Shown: positions 10,055 to 20,083, numbered from the stretch's first letter. The stretch is 64,000 nt of DNA from an uncultured Clostridia bacterium (GCA_947589025.1 CANQAY010000004.1:32430-96429), one strand, 5' to 3'. The notes: a model not told the origin generated them from the letters alone. Translations and numbers: made by a program.

Positions 10055-11362
10055 ATGATGACATGTAAAGAAATTGTAACAAATTTGGATAAATATATTG
10101 TTGGACAAGCCAAGGCAAAACGCGCCGTGGCAATTGCGTTAAGAAACAGGTATAGGCGAAGCAAACTTCCAAAAGTGCTAAGTGACATAATTACACCAAA
10201 AAACATTATTTTAAAAGGCCCAACTGGTGTGGGCAAAACCGAAATTGCAAGAAGGCTTGCCAAACTTGTTAACGCGCCATTTATTAAGGTGGAAGCGACA
10301 AAATATACCGAAGTTGGCTATGTTGGGCGCGATGTTGAAAGCATGGTAAGAGATTTGGTTGAAGCTTCGGTTCGAATTGTTAAAGCCGAGCAAACAGAAA
10401 AAATTAAAGATAAGGCAAGCGTTGTTGTAGATAAAAAAATAACAGATATTTTATATCCACTAAAAAAGGCCAACAAGCCTGAGGATATTGATACTGAGTT
10501 GTTTAGGCAAAATTTTTATGAAAATTATCAAAAGGGCTATTATAATAAAGACCAAATTGACATTGACGTGCGTGAGCAACCTAAACAAGTAAATTTGCTA
10601 GATGGCGTTGGTGCCGAAATTAACATTGGGCAAATTATGGGTGGTTTTATTAAAGCACCAAGGAAAATGAAACGCATGACGGTTGAACGCGCGCGTGAAA
10701 TTCTGTTGGAAGAAGAGTGTGACCGCCTAATAGACCCAGACAATTTAAACAAAGAAGCAATTTTCCGCGCTGAACAGGAAGGCATAATTTTTATAGACGA
10801 ATTTGATAAAATTGCAGCCAAGAAAAATAACACCCAAGACGTTTCCCGTGAGGGTGTGCAACGTGACATTTTGCCAATTGTTGAAGGCAGTGTTGTTAAC
10901 ACCAAATATGGTGTAGTTCACACCGATTATATCCTATTTATTGCGGCTGGTGCATTCCATATTTCAAGTGTAAGTGACCTTATTCCTGAGTTGCAAGGCA
11001 GGTTCCCAATTCAAGTGGAGCTTAACAGCTTGGATAAAGAAGATTTTAAAAAGATATTAACAATTCCTGAAAATGCCATAACAACACAATATCAGCAATT
11101 GCTAAAAGTAGATAATGTTAACATAGAGTTTACGCCGGACGCCATTGACACTATTGCCGAACTTGCCTATGAAGAAAATGAAACAAACAAAAACATTGGG
11201 GCAAGGCGTTTGCAAACAATTATGGAAGCATTGCTTGAAGATATTTCATTTAACGCTAGCGACAATAATCCAATAGTAGATGTAAAAATCGATAAACCTT
11301 TTGTTGTTAACACAATGAAAGATTTAATCCGCACACACGACTTTAAAAAATATGTTTTATAA
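10055..11362 (+). CDS. hslU: ATP-dependent protease ATPase subunit HslU
   Basis: GPTGVGKTEIARR, KVEATKYTEVGYVGRD, VSREGVQRD, PELQGRFP, NIGARRL. Confidence 0.97.
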   Translation: MMTCKEIVTNLDKYIVGQAKAKRAVAIALRNRYRRSKLPKVLSDIITPKNIILKGPTGVGKTEIARRLAKLVNAPFIKVEATKYTEVGYVGRDVESMVRDLVEASVRIVKAEQTEKIKDKASVVVDKKITDILYPLKKANKPEDIDTELFRQNFYENYQKGYYNKDQIDIDVREQPKQVNLLDGVGAEINIGQIMGGFIKAPRKMKRMTVERAREILLEEECDRLIDPDNLNKEAIFRAEQEGIIFIDEFDKIAAKKNNTQDVSREGVQRDILPIVEGSVVNTKYGVVHTDYILFIAAGAFHISSVSDLIPELQGRFPIQVELNSLDKEDFKKILTIPENAITTQYQQLLKVDNVNIEFTPDAIDTIAELAYEENETNKNIGARRLQTIMEALLEDISFNASDNNPIVDVKIDKPFVVNTMKDLIRTHDFKKYVL

Positions 11363-11363
11363 T

Positions 11364-12629
11364 ATGAACGAAATGGATGAAAATGAATTAATTAAAAAAC
11401 TTAAAATTTTGCGCCAAGCATTTGAAAAATTTGGCGTTTCTTTCGATAGCAAAACAACCAACCAATTTTTAGAGCAAAAAAGAAATCATGTTGAACATGA
11501 AGAATTTAATGCTTCAAATGGCAAAACATATAGGCACACCACGGCAATTAAGCCAATTAAATTAACAATTACGCCATTGCAAATTGAAAATTCGGGCTAT
11601 GGTGCCAATTCTCATGAAAAATTTTTAGATTGGTTTTTGTATGAAAATGCATCTAACAACCCATTGGTTTGGGAAAATGTTGGCAAACCTTCTAATGCCA
11701 TTAAAAATAGCTTTGTTAACACAAGAAACAACAACGGGCCTTTAGTTATGAATATTAATGGCCAAATTTTTAATGGTGAAGACGGCAATCATAGGTTGCT
11801 AACATTAATTCTTAACCAATTTATTGAATATAGTGCCGCCAAAACAAAAAGCGAAAAGGAAGCAGTTAACGAAAGATATGCAATGAGTTTGGATTGCAGC
11901 ATGCCTTTTGATGCGGACATTGTTGATGCGCTTGAAAGGGTGCAAAAAACTGTTTCGCCGCAGAATGAAAACTCTAACATTCCTTATTTAGTTCGAAATT
12001 ATCGTGATGGCATGTGCAAAAACAAATATGATAATAAATGGGTGGCAAAGTTTAACCCCGAAACAAAATTGTTTGAATATGATTTTAATGGCGAACATTT
12101 TGTTGGCACGCAAACCGAATTGCTAAAGTTTTTAAAAACAAAAAAGCAATCCAATTTGCCTATTATGACATGGGAATTTGATGGTTGTTATTATGTTTCT
12201 TGCTACAACCAAGTTTATAAATCAACAAATAAGCAAAAAATAGACAAAATGCTTGAAACTCTTAAGAAAAAAGTTAATGATATAGAAGATAATTCTTATT
12301 TGGAAATTAAAGATTTAGATACAAACAAATATGAATTGCACCGCGGTATCCGCAAATTTGATGAACCAGCACTATCTAAAAATGTTGCAGAATTTGAACA
12401 ATATTTGTTAGAAAAATATGCAGATATATTATCTTACAAAACAAAATATAATTTTGATTTATTAAAAAAGGATTGCGATGATGCAATCAATTTTGACTGC
12501 GGCATTATTTTAGATGAATTAGTTTATTCTAACTTGTCTAATGAAGAGTTGGCAAATCTTAAACAAGTGTTTGACATGGAAGCATACGAAATTCAGCAAA
12601 TAGAGGATGGGTTTAACGATACATATTGA
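11364..12629 (+). CDS. Hypothetical protein with a possible ParB/Srx-like N-terminal motif
   Basis: Long ORF; PLVMNINGQIFNGEDGNHRLLTL resembles the DGxHR motif; start uncertain (11352/11364/11373). Confidence 0.6.
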   Translation: MNEMDENELIKKLKILRQAFEKFGVSFDSKTTNQFLEQKRNHVEHEEFNASNGKTYRHTTAIKPIKLTITPLQIENSGYGANSHEKFLDWFLYENASNNPLVWENVGKPSNAIKNSFVNTRNNNGPLVMNINGQIFNGEDGNHRLLTLILNQFIEYSAAKTKSEKEAVNERYAMSLDCSMPFDADIVDALERVQKTVSPQNENSNIPYLVRNYRDGMCKNKYDNKWVAKFNPETKLFEYDFNGEHFVGTQTELLKFLKTKKQSNLPIMTWEFDGCYYVSCYNQVYKSTNKQKIDKMLETLKKKVNDIEDNSYLEIKDLDTNKYELHRGIRKFDEPALSKNVAEFEQYLLEKYADILSYKTKYNFDLLKKDCDDAINFDCGIILDELVYSNLSNEELANLKQVFDMEAYEIQQIEDGFNDTY

Positions 12630-13321
12630 TGGAACTAAATTTAGATTATCTTAATAGATTTGCAATTATGTTGCGCCAAGAACAAATAAATAAGTTAATA
12701 TCTGCCAACATAATTGTTTTTGGTGTGGGTGGCGTTGGCAGTGCGGTTGCCAATTTTTTGGTGCGCTCTGGCGTGCAAAACCTATCGGTGGTGGACTATG
12801 ACACGATTGATACAACAAACATAAACAGGCAACTTGTTGCCAATTTAAACAATGTTGGCAAGCTAAAAGTTGATGAAATTAAAAAACAACTGAAAAGCTT
12901 AAACAAAAATTTAAAAATTAAAACATTTCCCATTAAATATGGCAGCGAAACAAAAAATTTAATAAATTTGCAAAATTATGATTATGTTGTTGATTGCATT
13001 GACGATTTAAACGCAAAAAAATTGCTTATTATTGAAGCTAATAACTGCAATGTGCCAATAATTTGTGCTATGGGGGCGGGCAATAGATATAGCGAACTGC
13101 CCAACTTTGAAATTGCCGATATTTCTAAAACTAGTTACGACCCAATTGCCAAAATTTTGCGTAAGTTTTGTGCAAGTGAGGGAATAAAACATCTAAATGT
13201 TTGTTACACTAAACAAAAAGCAGTTAAAAATGATTGCAAAAAGGTGGCAAGTGTGGTATATTATCCTATAAGTATGGCTTGTGCCATTACTGCATTTGTT
13301 GTAAACAACATAATTAAGTGA
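12629..13321 (+). CDS. tcdA: ThiF family, tRNA threonylcarbamoyladenosine dehydratase TcdA-like
   Basis: VFGVGGVGS, DYDTIDTTNINRQ, YVVDCID, AMGAG, DISKTSYDP. Confidence 0.85.
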   Translation: MELNLDYLNRFAIMLRQEQINKLISANIIVFGVGGVGSAVANFLVRSGVQNLSVVDYDTIDTTNINRQLVANLNNVGKLKVDEIKKQLKSLNKNLKIKTFPIKYGSETKNLINLQNYDYVVDCIDDLNAKKLLIIEANNCNVPIICAMGAGNRYSELPNFEIADISKTSYDPIAKILRKFCASEGIKHLNVCYTKQKAVKNDCKKVASVVYYPISMACAITAFVVNNIIK

Positions 13322-13328
13322 GGTTAAA

Positions 13329-13640
13329 ATGAAAGATTTAACAGAAAAAGATTTTGATAAAACAATAAAAAGCAAAAAGCTTTCAGTTATTGATTTTTTT
13401 GCAACTTGGTGCATGCCTTGCCGAATGTTAAAACCAATTTTAGAAAAAGTTGAACAAAATGTTAAAGATGCCAATTTCTATTCACTTGATATTGACGAAA
13501 ATGACGAAATAGCCAAACGCTATAGGGTGTTTAGCGTGCCAACAGTTATCTGTTTTATGAATGGTGAAATTGTAGATAGTTTGGTGGGTTTAAGCAGTTA
13601 TGACGAGGTTATAGATTTTGTAAATAGATGTAAAGGTTAG
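13329..13640 (+). CDS. trxA: Thioredoxin
   Basis: DFFATWCMPC active site, SVPT cis-Pro loop, 103 aa. Confidence 0.9.
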   Translation: MKDLTEKDFDKTIKSKKLSVIDFFATWCMPCRMLKPILEKVEQNVKDANFYSLDIDENDEIAKRYRVFSVPTVICFMNGEIVDSLVGLSSYDEVIDFVNRCKG

Positions 13641-13743
13641 CAAAAATTTGCTAATTTTTTTTATTTTTTATTAAAAAATGGCAAAAATAAGTGTAAAATA
13701 TGCCAAAAATAAAGAATTTTATAAATTTTTTTTGTTTTTGATA

Positions 13744-13772
13744 TTGACAAATTAACATAGTTATGTTAAATT
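13744..13772 (+). promoter_or_regulatory. SigA promoter of iscS
   Basis: TTGACA-N17-TAAATT with TG extension; GGAG SD downstream. Confidence 0.6.
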
Positions 13773-13790
13773 TTATATTGGAGTGAAACT

Positions 13791-14978
13791 ATGGATAAAA
13801 TTTATTTAGATAACGCATCCACCACAAGCCTAAGTGCAGAAGTTTTAAACGCCATGATGCCAGTGTTAACTGACAATTTTGGCAACACTTCATCCATACA
13901 TTCTTTTGGCAGAGAGGCTAGTGCTGTGGTTGATGCAAGTAGAGATTTAATTGCTGAAACAATTAATGCAAATTCAAATGAAATTTATTTTACCTCAAGC
14001 GGAAGTGAGGCAAACACAATGGCAATTATTGGCATTGCAATGGCAAACCGTAACCGCGGCAACCACATTATTACAAGCAAAATTGAACACCCATCAATTT
14101 TAAACGCTTGCAAATTTTTGGAAAGAAACGGCTACGAAGTTACCTATCTTGATGTAGACAAAAACGGCTTTATCCGTTTTGCAGATTTGCTTCGCTACAT
14201 TAAAAACACCACAATTTTGGTGTCTATTATGGGCGCAAATAACGAGTTGGGCACTATTCAAAACCTTAAAGCAATTGCCCAAACAGCACATGAAAAGGGC
14301 GCAATTTTCCACACCGATGCAGTGCAACTTTATGGCAACATGCAGTTAGATGTTGAAGAAATAGGCATAGATGCAATGACAATTTCTGCACACAAAATTT
14401 ATGGCCCTAAAGGGGTTGGTTGCTTATATGTTTCTAACGGCATTAAGGTGGACCCAATTATATTTGGCGGAAATCAAGAAAGGGGCAAACGCGGTGGCAC
14501 AACCAACACGGCAGGCATTGTTGGCTTTGCAAAAGCTTGCGAAATTGCAAATAGAGATATGCGCACAAACAACCACAAATTGCGTGAATTAAGTGAATAT
14601 TTTGTGTCTAAATTAACCGAAATGGTTGAAAACATTACAATAAACGCAAATGTAAGGCAAAAACTTCCACAAATAATTTCAGTTGCATTCACCGGCGTTG
14701 ATGGTGAAAGTTTGCTTACTAAATTAGATTTAAACGGCGTTGCAGTTTCTACCGGCAGCGCTTGCACAAGCAACAGCTTGGCAGTATCACACGTTATGTC
14801 TGCCATTGGGCTTAAAAATGACGATGCTAAAAGCACCATTCGCTTTAGCCTTGGCAAAAACAATAGTTATGAAGAAATAGATACAGCACTTAACATAATT
14901 AAAAAATCGGTAGACGAATTGCGTGCCTATTCCTCAACCTATTCGGCAAAAACTCGTAAAAGAAAGGGGGATAAATAA
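13791..14978 (+). CDS. iscS: Cysteine desulfurase (IscS/NifS type)
   Basis: YLDNASTT, HTDAVQ, SAHKIYGPKG (PLP Lys), STGSACTS (catalytic Cys). Confidence 0.95.
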   Translation: MDKIYLDNASTTSLSAEVLNAMMPVLTDNFGNTSSIHSFGREASAVVDASRDLIAETINANSNEIYFTSSGSEANTMAIIGIAMANRNRGNHIITSKIEHPSILNACKFLERNGYEVTYLDVDKNGFIRFADLLRYIKNTTILVSIMGANNELGTIQNLKAIAQTAHEKGAIFHTDAVQLYGNMQLDVEEIGIDAMTISAHKIYGPKGVGCLYVSNGIKVDPIIFGGNQERGKRGGTTNTAGIVGFAKACEIANRDMRTNNHKLRELSEYFVSKLTEMVENITINANVRQKLPQIISVAFTGVDGESLLTKLDLNGVAVSTGSACTSNSLAVSHVMSAIGLKNDDAKSTIRFSLGKNNSYEEIDTALNIIKKSVDELRAYSSTYSAKTRKRKGDK

Positions 14979-14980
14979 CT

Positions 14981-15358
14981 ATGTATTCAAATGAAGTTTT
15001 AAAAATATTTTCTAATCCATTAAATGCGGGCAGAATTGTTAAAGCTGAAGGCATTGCAGAAAATGTTAATGCCGACAACACCGCAAATGTTGAATTTTCT
15101 CTTAGAATTGAATCTAACGTTATTACCGATGCAAAATTTCGCGCACAGGCTAACCCATATATAATTGCCGTGTGTGACACAATTGCCGGCCTTATAAAAA
15201 ACAAAAAGGCCAATATGCTTTCGTTAGACGAATTTCAAATTAAATCATCACTTGGTGAAAATAACCCTACCGACATTCAATTTTGCATAGATTGTGTTAA
15301 ATTGGCAGTTAATGATTATGTAGAAAAAATGGCAAAATCTAGCAAAACAAAAGCCTAA
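14981..15358 (+). CDS. Divergent IscU/NifU-N family scaffold-like protein
   Basis: MYSNEVL..F.NP.NAG, I.DAKF; follows iscS; two of three cluster Cys missing. Confidence 0.75.
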   Translation: MYSNEVLKIFSNPLNAGRIVKAEGIAENVNADNTANVEFSLRIESNVITDAKFRAQANPYIIAVCDTIAGLIKNKKANMLSLDEFQIKSSLGENNPTDIQFCIDCVKLAVNDYVEKMAKSSKTKA

Positions 15359-15407
15359 AATAATACATATTTCGCCTATTTTAGCAAAAAATAAAGTAGG
15401 AGGGAAT

Positions 15408-15596
15408 ATGAAAGAATTATTAATTGGCATGGGCATTGGTTTTGTTGTTGGTGCCATCACTTGCAAAGTAAACAAACCGGTTGCCGATACCGTTGAAAAA
15501 GGTGTTGAAAAGGGCAAAGAAATCATTGAAGATATTAAAGATGAAATTGAAACCCAAACCAAAAAACAAAAAAAACAAAAGAAAAATGCGGATTAA
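15408..15596 (+). CDS. Small YtxH-like membrane-anchored protein
   Basis: N-terminal LLIGMGIGFVVGA helix plus charged tail; AGGAGG SD; own terminator. Confidence 0.65.
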   Translation: MKELLIGMGIGFVVGAITCKVNKPVADTVEKGVEKGKEIIEDIKDEIETQTKKQKKQKKNAD

Positions 15597-15610
15597 ACCC
15601 GCATTTTTTT
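15583..15610 (+). terminator. Intrinsic terminator
   Basis: AAAAATGCGG-ATTAAAC-CCGCATTTTT plus T run. Confidence 0.8.
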
Positions 15611-15664
15611 ATTGCAATAAGCAAAATGTTTGCTTTTTAACAACATTTGTTTTATAATAATAAT

Positions 15665-16078
15665 ATGAAGGCAATGGGAATAGATTATGGCTTAAAGCGC
15701 ATTGGCATTGCGTTTAGTGATGAAACCAAATTTTTGGCAAGCCCTTACATCGTTTATCACACCCAAGGGGAAGAAAAAGATTTGCAATTTTTGGCCAATT
15801 TAATTAATTTAAATAAGGTTGATGAAATTGTGTGTGGCCTGCCGCTAAACACAAAAGGTGAAGAAGAGGCAATTGCCTTAAAAACTAGGGGTTTTATGGC
15901 TAAATTAATGGCAATAACCCAAATTAAACCCGTGTTCGTAGATGAGCGAATGTCTAGCGTTATGGCAGAAGAATATTTATCCGAGCGCGAAAAAGATTGG
16001 CGCAAAAGAAAAGAAAAATTGGATGCTGTTGCCGCCTCAATAATTTTGCAAGATTATTTAGATAATAAAAGGAGATAA
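15665..16078 (+). CDS. ruvX: RuvX/YqgF pre-16S rRNA nuclease
   Basis: GIDYG.KRIGIA.SD, IVCGLP, DERMSS, DAVAASIILQDYL. Confidence 0.95.
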   Translation: MKAMGIDYGLKRIGIAFSDETKFLASPYIVYHTQGEEKDLQFLANLINLNKVDEIVCGLPLNTKGEEEAIALKTRGFMAKLMAITQIKPVFVDERMSSVMAEEYLSEREKDWRKRKEKLDAVAASIILQDYLDNKRR

Positions 16079-16080
16079 TT

Positions 16081-16428
16081 ATGAAAGATTTAAGGGATGA
16101 CCTTAACTTAAAAAACAAAAAACTAAAGGCAATGGACCCAATTGAACAAATTTTGGATGAAGAAAATTACGATAACGTTATTCTTTATGACCCTGAAAAA
16201 AAACCTATTGAGTTTGAACAAGTGGCAGTAATTCCAGTTGACAAACCAACTGGGGAACAAACACTTTACACAATTATGATTCCTGTAACTCCAATGCAAG
16301 GTGTAAGCGAGGGCGAGGGCGTTGTTTTTAAAATTGACGAACAAACCCGCGATATTGAAGTGGTTAATGATGAAAAGGTTATTGATAAAGTGCTTGAAAT
16401 TTACCAAAAACTTGTTGAAGAGGGTTAA
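16081..16428 (+). CDS. DUF1292 family protein
   Basis: Acidic protein after ruvX; VILYD....IEFEQVA, VVFKI, VNDEKVIDKV pattern. Confidence 0.7.
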   Translation: MKDLRDDLNLKNKKLKAMDPIEQILDEENYDNVILYDPEKKPIEFEQVAVIPVDKPTGEQTLYTIMIPVTPMQGVSEGEGVVFKIDEQTRDIEVVNDEKVIDKVLEIYQKLVEEG

Positions 16429-16514
16429 TTAGCAACCTTGGGTTGTGTTAATTTTATTTTAAAAAATTGTTTAAATCTATTGACTTAAGCAGTTTTTTTT
16501 GTTAATATTTAATA

Positions 16515-16610
16515 GTTTAAAGAAATTAGCACCCAATTTGATTGCTTGTCTGTTCCTTTTTGGTTAAAAGCAAAATGACGATTGGGGAAGACGTAAACAG
16601 GAGGTATAAA
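16515..16610 (+). promoter_or_regulatory. Structured rpsB 5' leader (S2 leader-like)
   Basis: TTGACT/TAATAT promoter at 16480-16508, then ~95-nt leader with CCCAAT(16532)/ATTGGG(16581) pairing. Confidence 0.45.
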
Positions 16611-17459
16611 ATGTCAGTTATTTCTATGAAACAATTATTGGAGGCCGGTTGCCACTTCGGTCACCAAACTAGGAAATGGAATCCTAAAATGAAAAAGTAT
16701 ATCTTCACAGACAGAAATGATATTCATATCATAAATTTGGAAGATACTTCTAAACAAATTGATGTGGCTTATAAATTTATTAAAGAAAAAGTGCAAAGTG
16801 GTGCAAATGTGTTGTTTATTGGCACCAAAAAACAAGCACAAGAGGCCGTTAAGCAAGAGGCTGAGCGCTCTAACATGTTTTACATTAACACCCGTTGGTT
16901 GGGCGGCACTTTAACAAACTTCACCACCATCCGCAAAAGGATTGATAGGATGAACAAGTTAAACAATATGGAAGCTTTGGGGGATTTTGACCTTCTTCCT
17001 AAAAAAGAAGTTATTAAACTTAAAGCTGAGCGTGATAAACTTGCTGCCAACTTGTCCGGCATTAAGGATATGACATCTATCCCAGGCCTAATTATTATGG
17101 TTGACCCACACATTGAGCACATTGCCGTTAAAGAGGCTAAAAAGTTAAATATTCCAACTGTTGGCATTGTGGATACTAATAGTGACCCAGACGATGTTAC
17201 CATTTGCATCCCAGCAAATGATGATGCTATTGGCAGTGTTAACCTAATTTTAAGCGCTTTAACCGATGCAATTATGGAGGCCAAGGGCGGCGTTGTGTTG
17301 CACGACCTTGACGCTAAGGATGAAGATGTTTCTATGGCAAGCGTGGTTGCAGGCAGCACAATAGCAAGGCAGGAAGAAAGCGAAGAGCAGCCAGAAACTG
17401 TTGAAAAGAAAAAGCGCCCAAGCAAGAAAAAAGAAAAGAAAGAAAAGGAAGGGGAATAA
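16611..17459 (+). CDS. rpsB: 30S ribosomal protein S2
   Basis: [40 protein letters not shown]; AGGAGG SD. Confidence 0.99.
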   Translation: MSVISMKQLLEAGCHFGHQTRKWNPKMKKYIFTDRNDIHIINLEDTSKQIDVAYKFIKEKVQSGANVLFIGTKKQAQEAVKQEAERSNMFYINTRWLGGTLTNFTTIRKRIDRMNKLNNMEALGDFDLLPKKEVIKLKAERDKLAANLSGIKDMTSIPGLIIMVDPHIEHIAVKEAKKLNIPTVGIVDTNSDPDDVTICIPANDDAIGSVNLILSALTDAIMEAKGGVVLHDLDAKDEDVSMASVVAGSTIARQEESEEQPETVEKKKRPSKKKEKKEKEGE

Positions 17460-17460
17460 T

Positions 17461-18114
17461 ATGCAAATTACAGCAAAAGATGTCGCAAATTTAAGGGAAA
17501 TGACCGGTGCCGGCATGATGGATTGCAAAAAGGCATTAACTGATGCTGACGGCAATTTCGACAAGGCCGTTGAACTTTTGCGTGAACGCGGCGTTGCAAA
17601 GGCCGCTAAAAAAGAGGGCAGAATTGCTGCCGAAGGCTTCATTGAGTGTTATGTTCATGGGGGCGGAGCATTCGCTTCTATGGTGGAAATTAATACCGAA
17701 ACCGATTTCGTTGCTAAAAACCCAGAACTTAGGGAATTTGCTCACAACATTGCAATGCAAGTTGTTGCAAGCAAGCCAATTTGTGTTAATGTAAACGAAG
17801 TTCCGGCAGATAAACTTGCCACCGAGCGCAACATTTACCGCACTCAACTTTTAAACGAGGGCAAACCAGCTGCAATGGTTGATAAAATTGTTGACGGCAA
17901 AATTAACAAATATTATGAAGAAGTTGTGCTTATGGAGCAACCTTATATTAAGGACGAAGCCGGCAAGAAGAAAGTTAAAGATGTTTTAACTGAACTTGTT
18001 GCAAAAATTGGTGAAAAAATCACAATTCGTAGATTTGTGCTTATGACAATGGGCGAGGGCCTTGAAAAGCGCAATGAAGATTTTGCTGCAGAAGTTGCAA
18101 AACAATCAAAATAA
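17461..18114 (+). CDS. tsf: Elongation factor Ts (short form)
   Basis: [33 protein letters not shown]. Confidence 0.98.
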   Translation: MQITAKDVANLREMTGAGMMDCKKALTDADGNFDKAVELLRERGVAKAAKKEGRIAAEGFIECYVHGGGAFASMVEINTETDFVAKNPELREFAHNIAMQVVASKPICVNVNEVPADKLATERNIYRTQLLNEGKPAAMVDKIVDGKINKYYEEVVLMEQPYIKDEAGKKKVKDVLTELVAKIGEKITIRRFVLMTMGEGLEKRNEDFAAEVAKQSK

Positions 18115-18115
18115 T

Positions 18116-18145
18116 AAAAAATAGGGCATAACGCCTTATTTTTTA
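18116..18145. terminator. Bidirectional terminator
   Basis: AAAAAATAGGGC-ATAAC-GCCTTATTTTTT between convergent genes. Confidence 0.75.
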
Positions 18146-18673
18146 TACATTTTTTGTGTCATTAATCATTGATTTATACATTGCCTTTAATTGTTTATAA
18201 ATATATCTTTTGCCGCGTTTAAAACGAAGATCTTTGGCAAGTTGCCTAACACATTCAACATCTCCTGTCGATCTAAGGGCCTCAAACAAACCATCCAACC
18301 ACCAAGCGTCGTATTCAATAAATTTGGCTATATATTTAGCATTTTTTAATTCACAAACATAATCCTTAACTTGAATGATAGTAAAGCCGGGGATAGCACC
18401 GCTGTTAAAATCTTTATGCAAATTTATCATAAATTCATCATCTACACCATTTTCGGTAATATATGCAATTCTTTCATTTAATAATGCGTGAGCCTCTTCT
18501 TTTGTATAATTACTTTTCCCATAACTTGACTCCCACAAGTCATTGCTATTATCTGCATAATAAGTAGCGCCCGCAAAAACAAAGTTTCCAGATTTATCCT
18601 TTTCACCAATTTGCAAATCGTTTAAATAATTTTGAACTAATTTATTTAATAAACTAACATTTTCTGCTTTCAT
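18143..18673 (-). CDS. Hypothetical protein at the usual pyrH position
   Basis: 176-aa ORF from ATG 18673 with AAGGAG SD and TTGACA-N17-TAAATT promoter (18693-18721). Confidence 0.7.
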   Translation of the reverse strand: MKAENVSLLNKLVQNYLNDLQIGEKDKSGNFVFAGATYYADNSNDLWESSYGKSNYTKEEAHALLNERIAYITENGVDDEFMINLHKDFNSGAIPGFTIIQVKDYVCELKNAKYIAKFIEYDAWWLDGLFEALRSTGDVECVRQLAKDLRFKRGKRYIYKQLKAMYKSMINDTKNV

Positions 18674-18796
18674 AAATTTACTCCTTGTATATAATTTAGC
18701 ATAATATTGCAAATTTGTCAACACCTAAAATAAATTATAAACTTAAAACAGTTGCTATTTTTTGATAAATTCGCTATCATTATATTAGGAGATTTT

Positions 18797-19363
18797 ATGA
18801 ACGAAAATGTTGAAATGAATTTAATGGAATATGAGGAGCAGTTGGATAAATGCTTTAACCATTTAATAGATGAATATATGGTAATCCGCGTTGGCAGAGC
18901 AAACCCTAAGGTTATTGAAAATGTTATGGTGGACTATTATGGCACACGCACACCACTTAAACTAACTTGCAACATAACAGTGCAGGATGCCCGCATGATT
19001 GTAGTTAGCCCATGGGATGTTTCCACCTTGCGCAATTTGCGCGCCGGGTTGGAAGCGGCAAACACCGGGCTTTCAATTAGTGACGATGGCAAAATAATTA
19101 GGGTAGGCTTTCCAATGTTAACAGAGGAGCGCAGGCGAGAATTTTGTAAAGACGCTAAAAAGCTTTTGGAAGAAAGCAAAGTTGCAATGCGCAATGCTAG
19201 GCGAGATGTGCTTGAAGTTTTTAAAACTATGAAAAAGAATGCCGAAATTAGTGAAGACGAATACAATTCGTTAGAAAAAGATGTTCAAAAAAGCATAGAT
19301 AATTTTACTGCTCGTGCCGATAGCGCTTGCGAAAAGAAAATTGCCGAAATAATGGAAGTTTAA
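18797..19363 (+). CDS. frr: Ribosome recycling factor
   Basis: IRVGRANP, VDYYG, PWD, LTEERRRE, AMRNARR; AGGAG SD. Confidence 0.97.
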   Translation: MNENVEMNLMEYEEQLDKCFNHLIDEYMVIRVGRANPKVIENVMVDYYGTRTPLKLTCNITVQDARMIVVSPWDVSTLRNLRAGLEAANTGLSISDDGKIIRVGFPMLTEERRREFCKDAKKLLEESKVAMRNARRDVLEVFKTMKKNAEISEDEYNSLEKDVQKSIDNFTARADSACEKKIAEIMEV

Positions 19364-20083
19364 ATGAACATAGAAAAACTAAAAACTGACCCACGCATGC
19401 CAAAGCACATTGCTTTTATTGTGGACGGCAATGGCAGATGGGCAACAAAACGCCATTTGTTAAGGTCGGCAGGGCACAAAGCAGGGTTAGATAATTTAAA
19501 ATTGCAAATAGATTTTGTTAAAGATTTAGGCATAAAAAATTTGTCTATGTATTGTTTTTCTTGTGAAAATTGGAAAAGAAACAAAGAAGAAGTTGATTTT
19601 TTAATGAATCTTTTTAATACAATGTTAGACGATTTTAAAAATGACTATTTAAATAAAGATGTGCGCATTCTCATTTCTGGCAATTTGGACGACGAGCGCC
19701 TGCCAAAACAGGTTAGGGATAAAGCAAAAGAAATTATGGAACTAACCAAAAATAAAACTGGGTTTGTTATTAATGCTTGCATAAATTATGGCGGCAGGCA
19801 AGAAATTTTAAAGGCAGTTAATGAACTTTTAGTTGAAAAAGCCACAAAAGTTGACGAAAAAACATTTGAGCAACATCTATACACAGCCGATATGCTTCCG
19901 CTAGATTTTGTTATTAGAACAAGCGGGGAAAATAGAACAAGCAACTTCTTAACCTGGCAGTCTACATATAGTGAATGGTATTTCCCTAAAAAATTATGGC
20001 CTAGCTTTACTAAAAAAGACCTTATAAAAGCATTAAAAATTTATATGAAGCGCGATAGGCGATTTGGAGGGGTTAAAGCATGA
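19364..20083 (+). CDS. uppS: Undecaprenyl diphosphate synthase
   Basis: PKHIAFIVDGNGRWA, FSCENWKR, NYGGRQE, IRTSGE.R.SNF. Confidence 0.97.
   Translation: MNIEKLKTDPRMPKHIAFIVDGNGRWATKRHLLRSAGHKAGLDNLKLQIDFVKDLGIKNLSMYCFSCENWKRNKEEVDFLMNLFNTMLDDFKNDYLNKDVRILISGNLDDERLPKQVRDKAKEIMELTKNKTGFVINACINYGGRQEILKAVNELLVEKATKVDEKTFEQHLYTADMLPLDFVIRTSGENRTSNFLTWQSTYSEWYFPKKLWPSFTKKDLIKALKIYMKRDRRFGGVKA

Noticed and set aside
13329-13640. WCMPC instead of WCGPC in thioredoxin
   Set aside because: Within ordinary thioredoxin active-site variation
17461-18114. Short EF-Ts (217 aa)
   Set aside because: The short form is a known variant in many Firmicutes and other phyla
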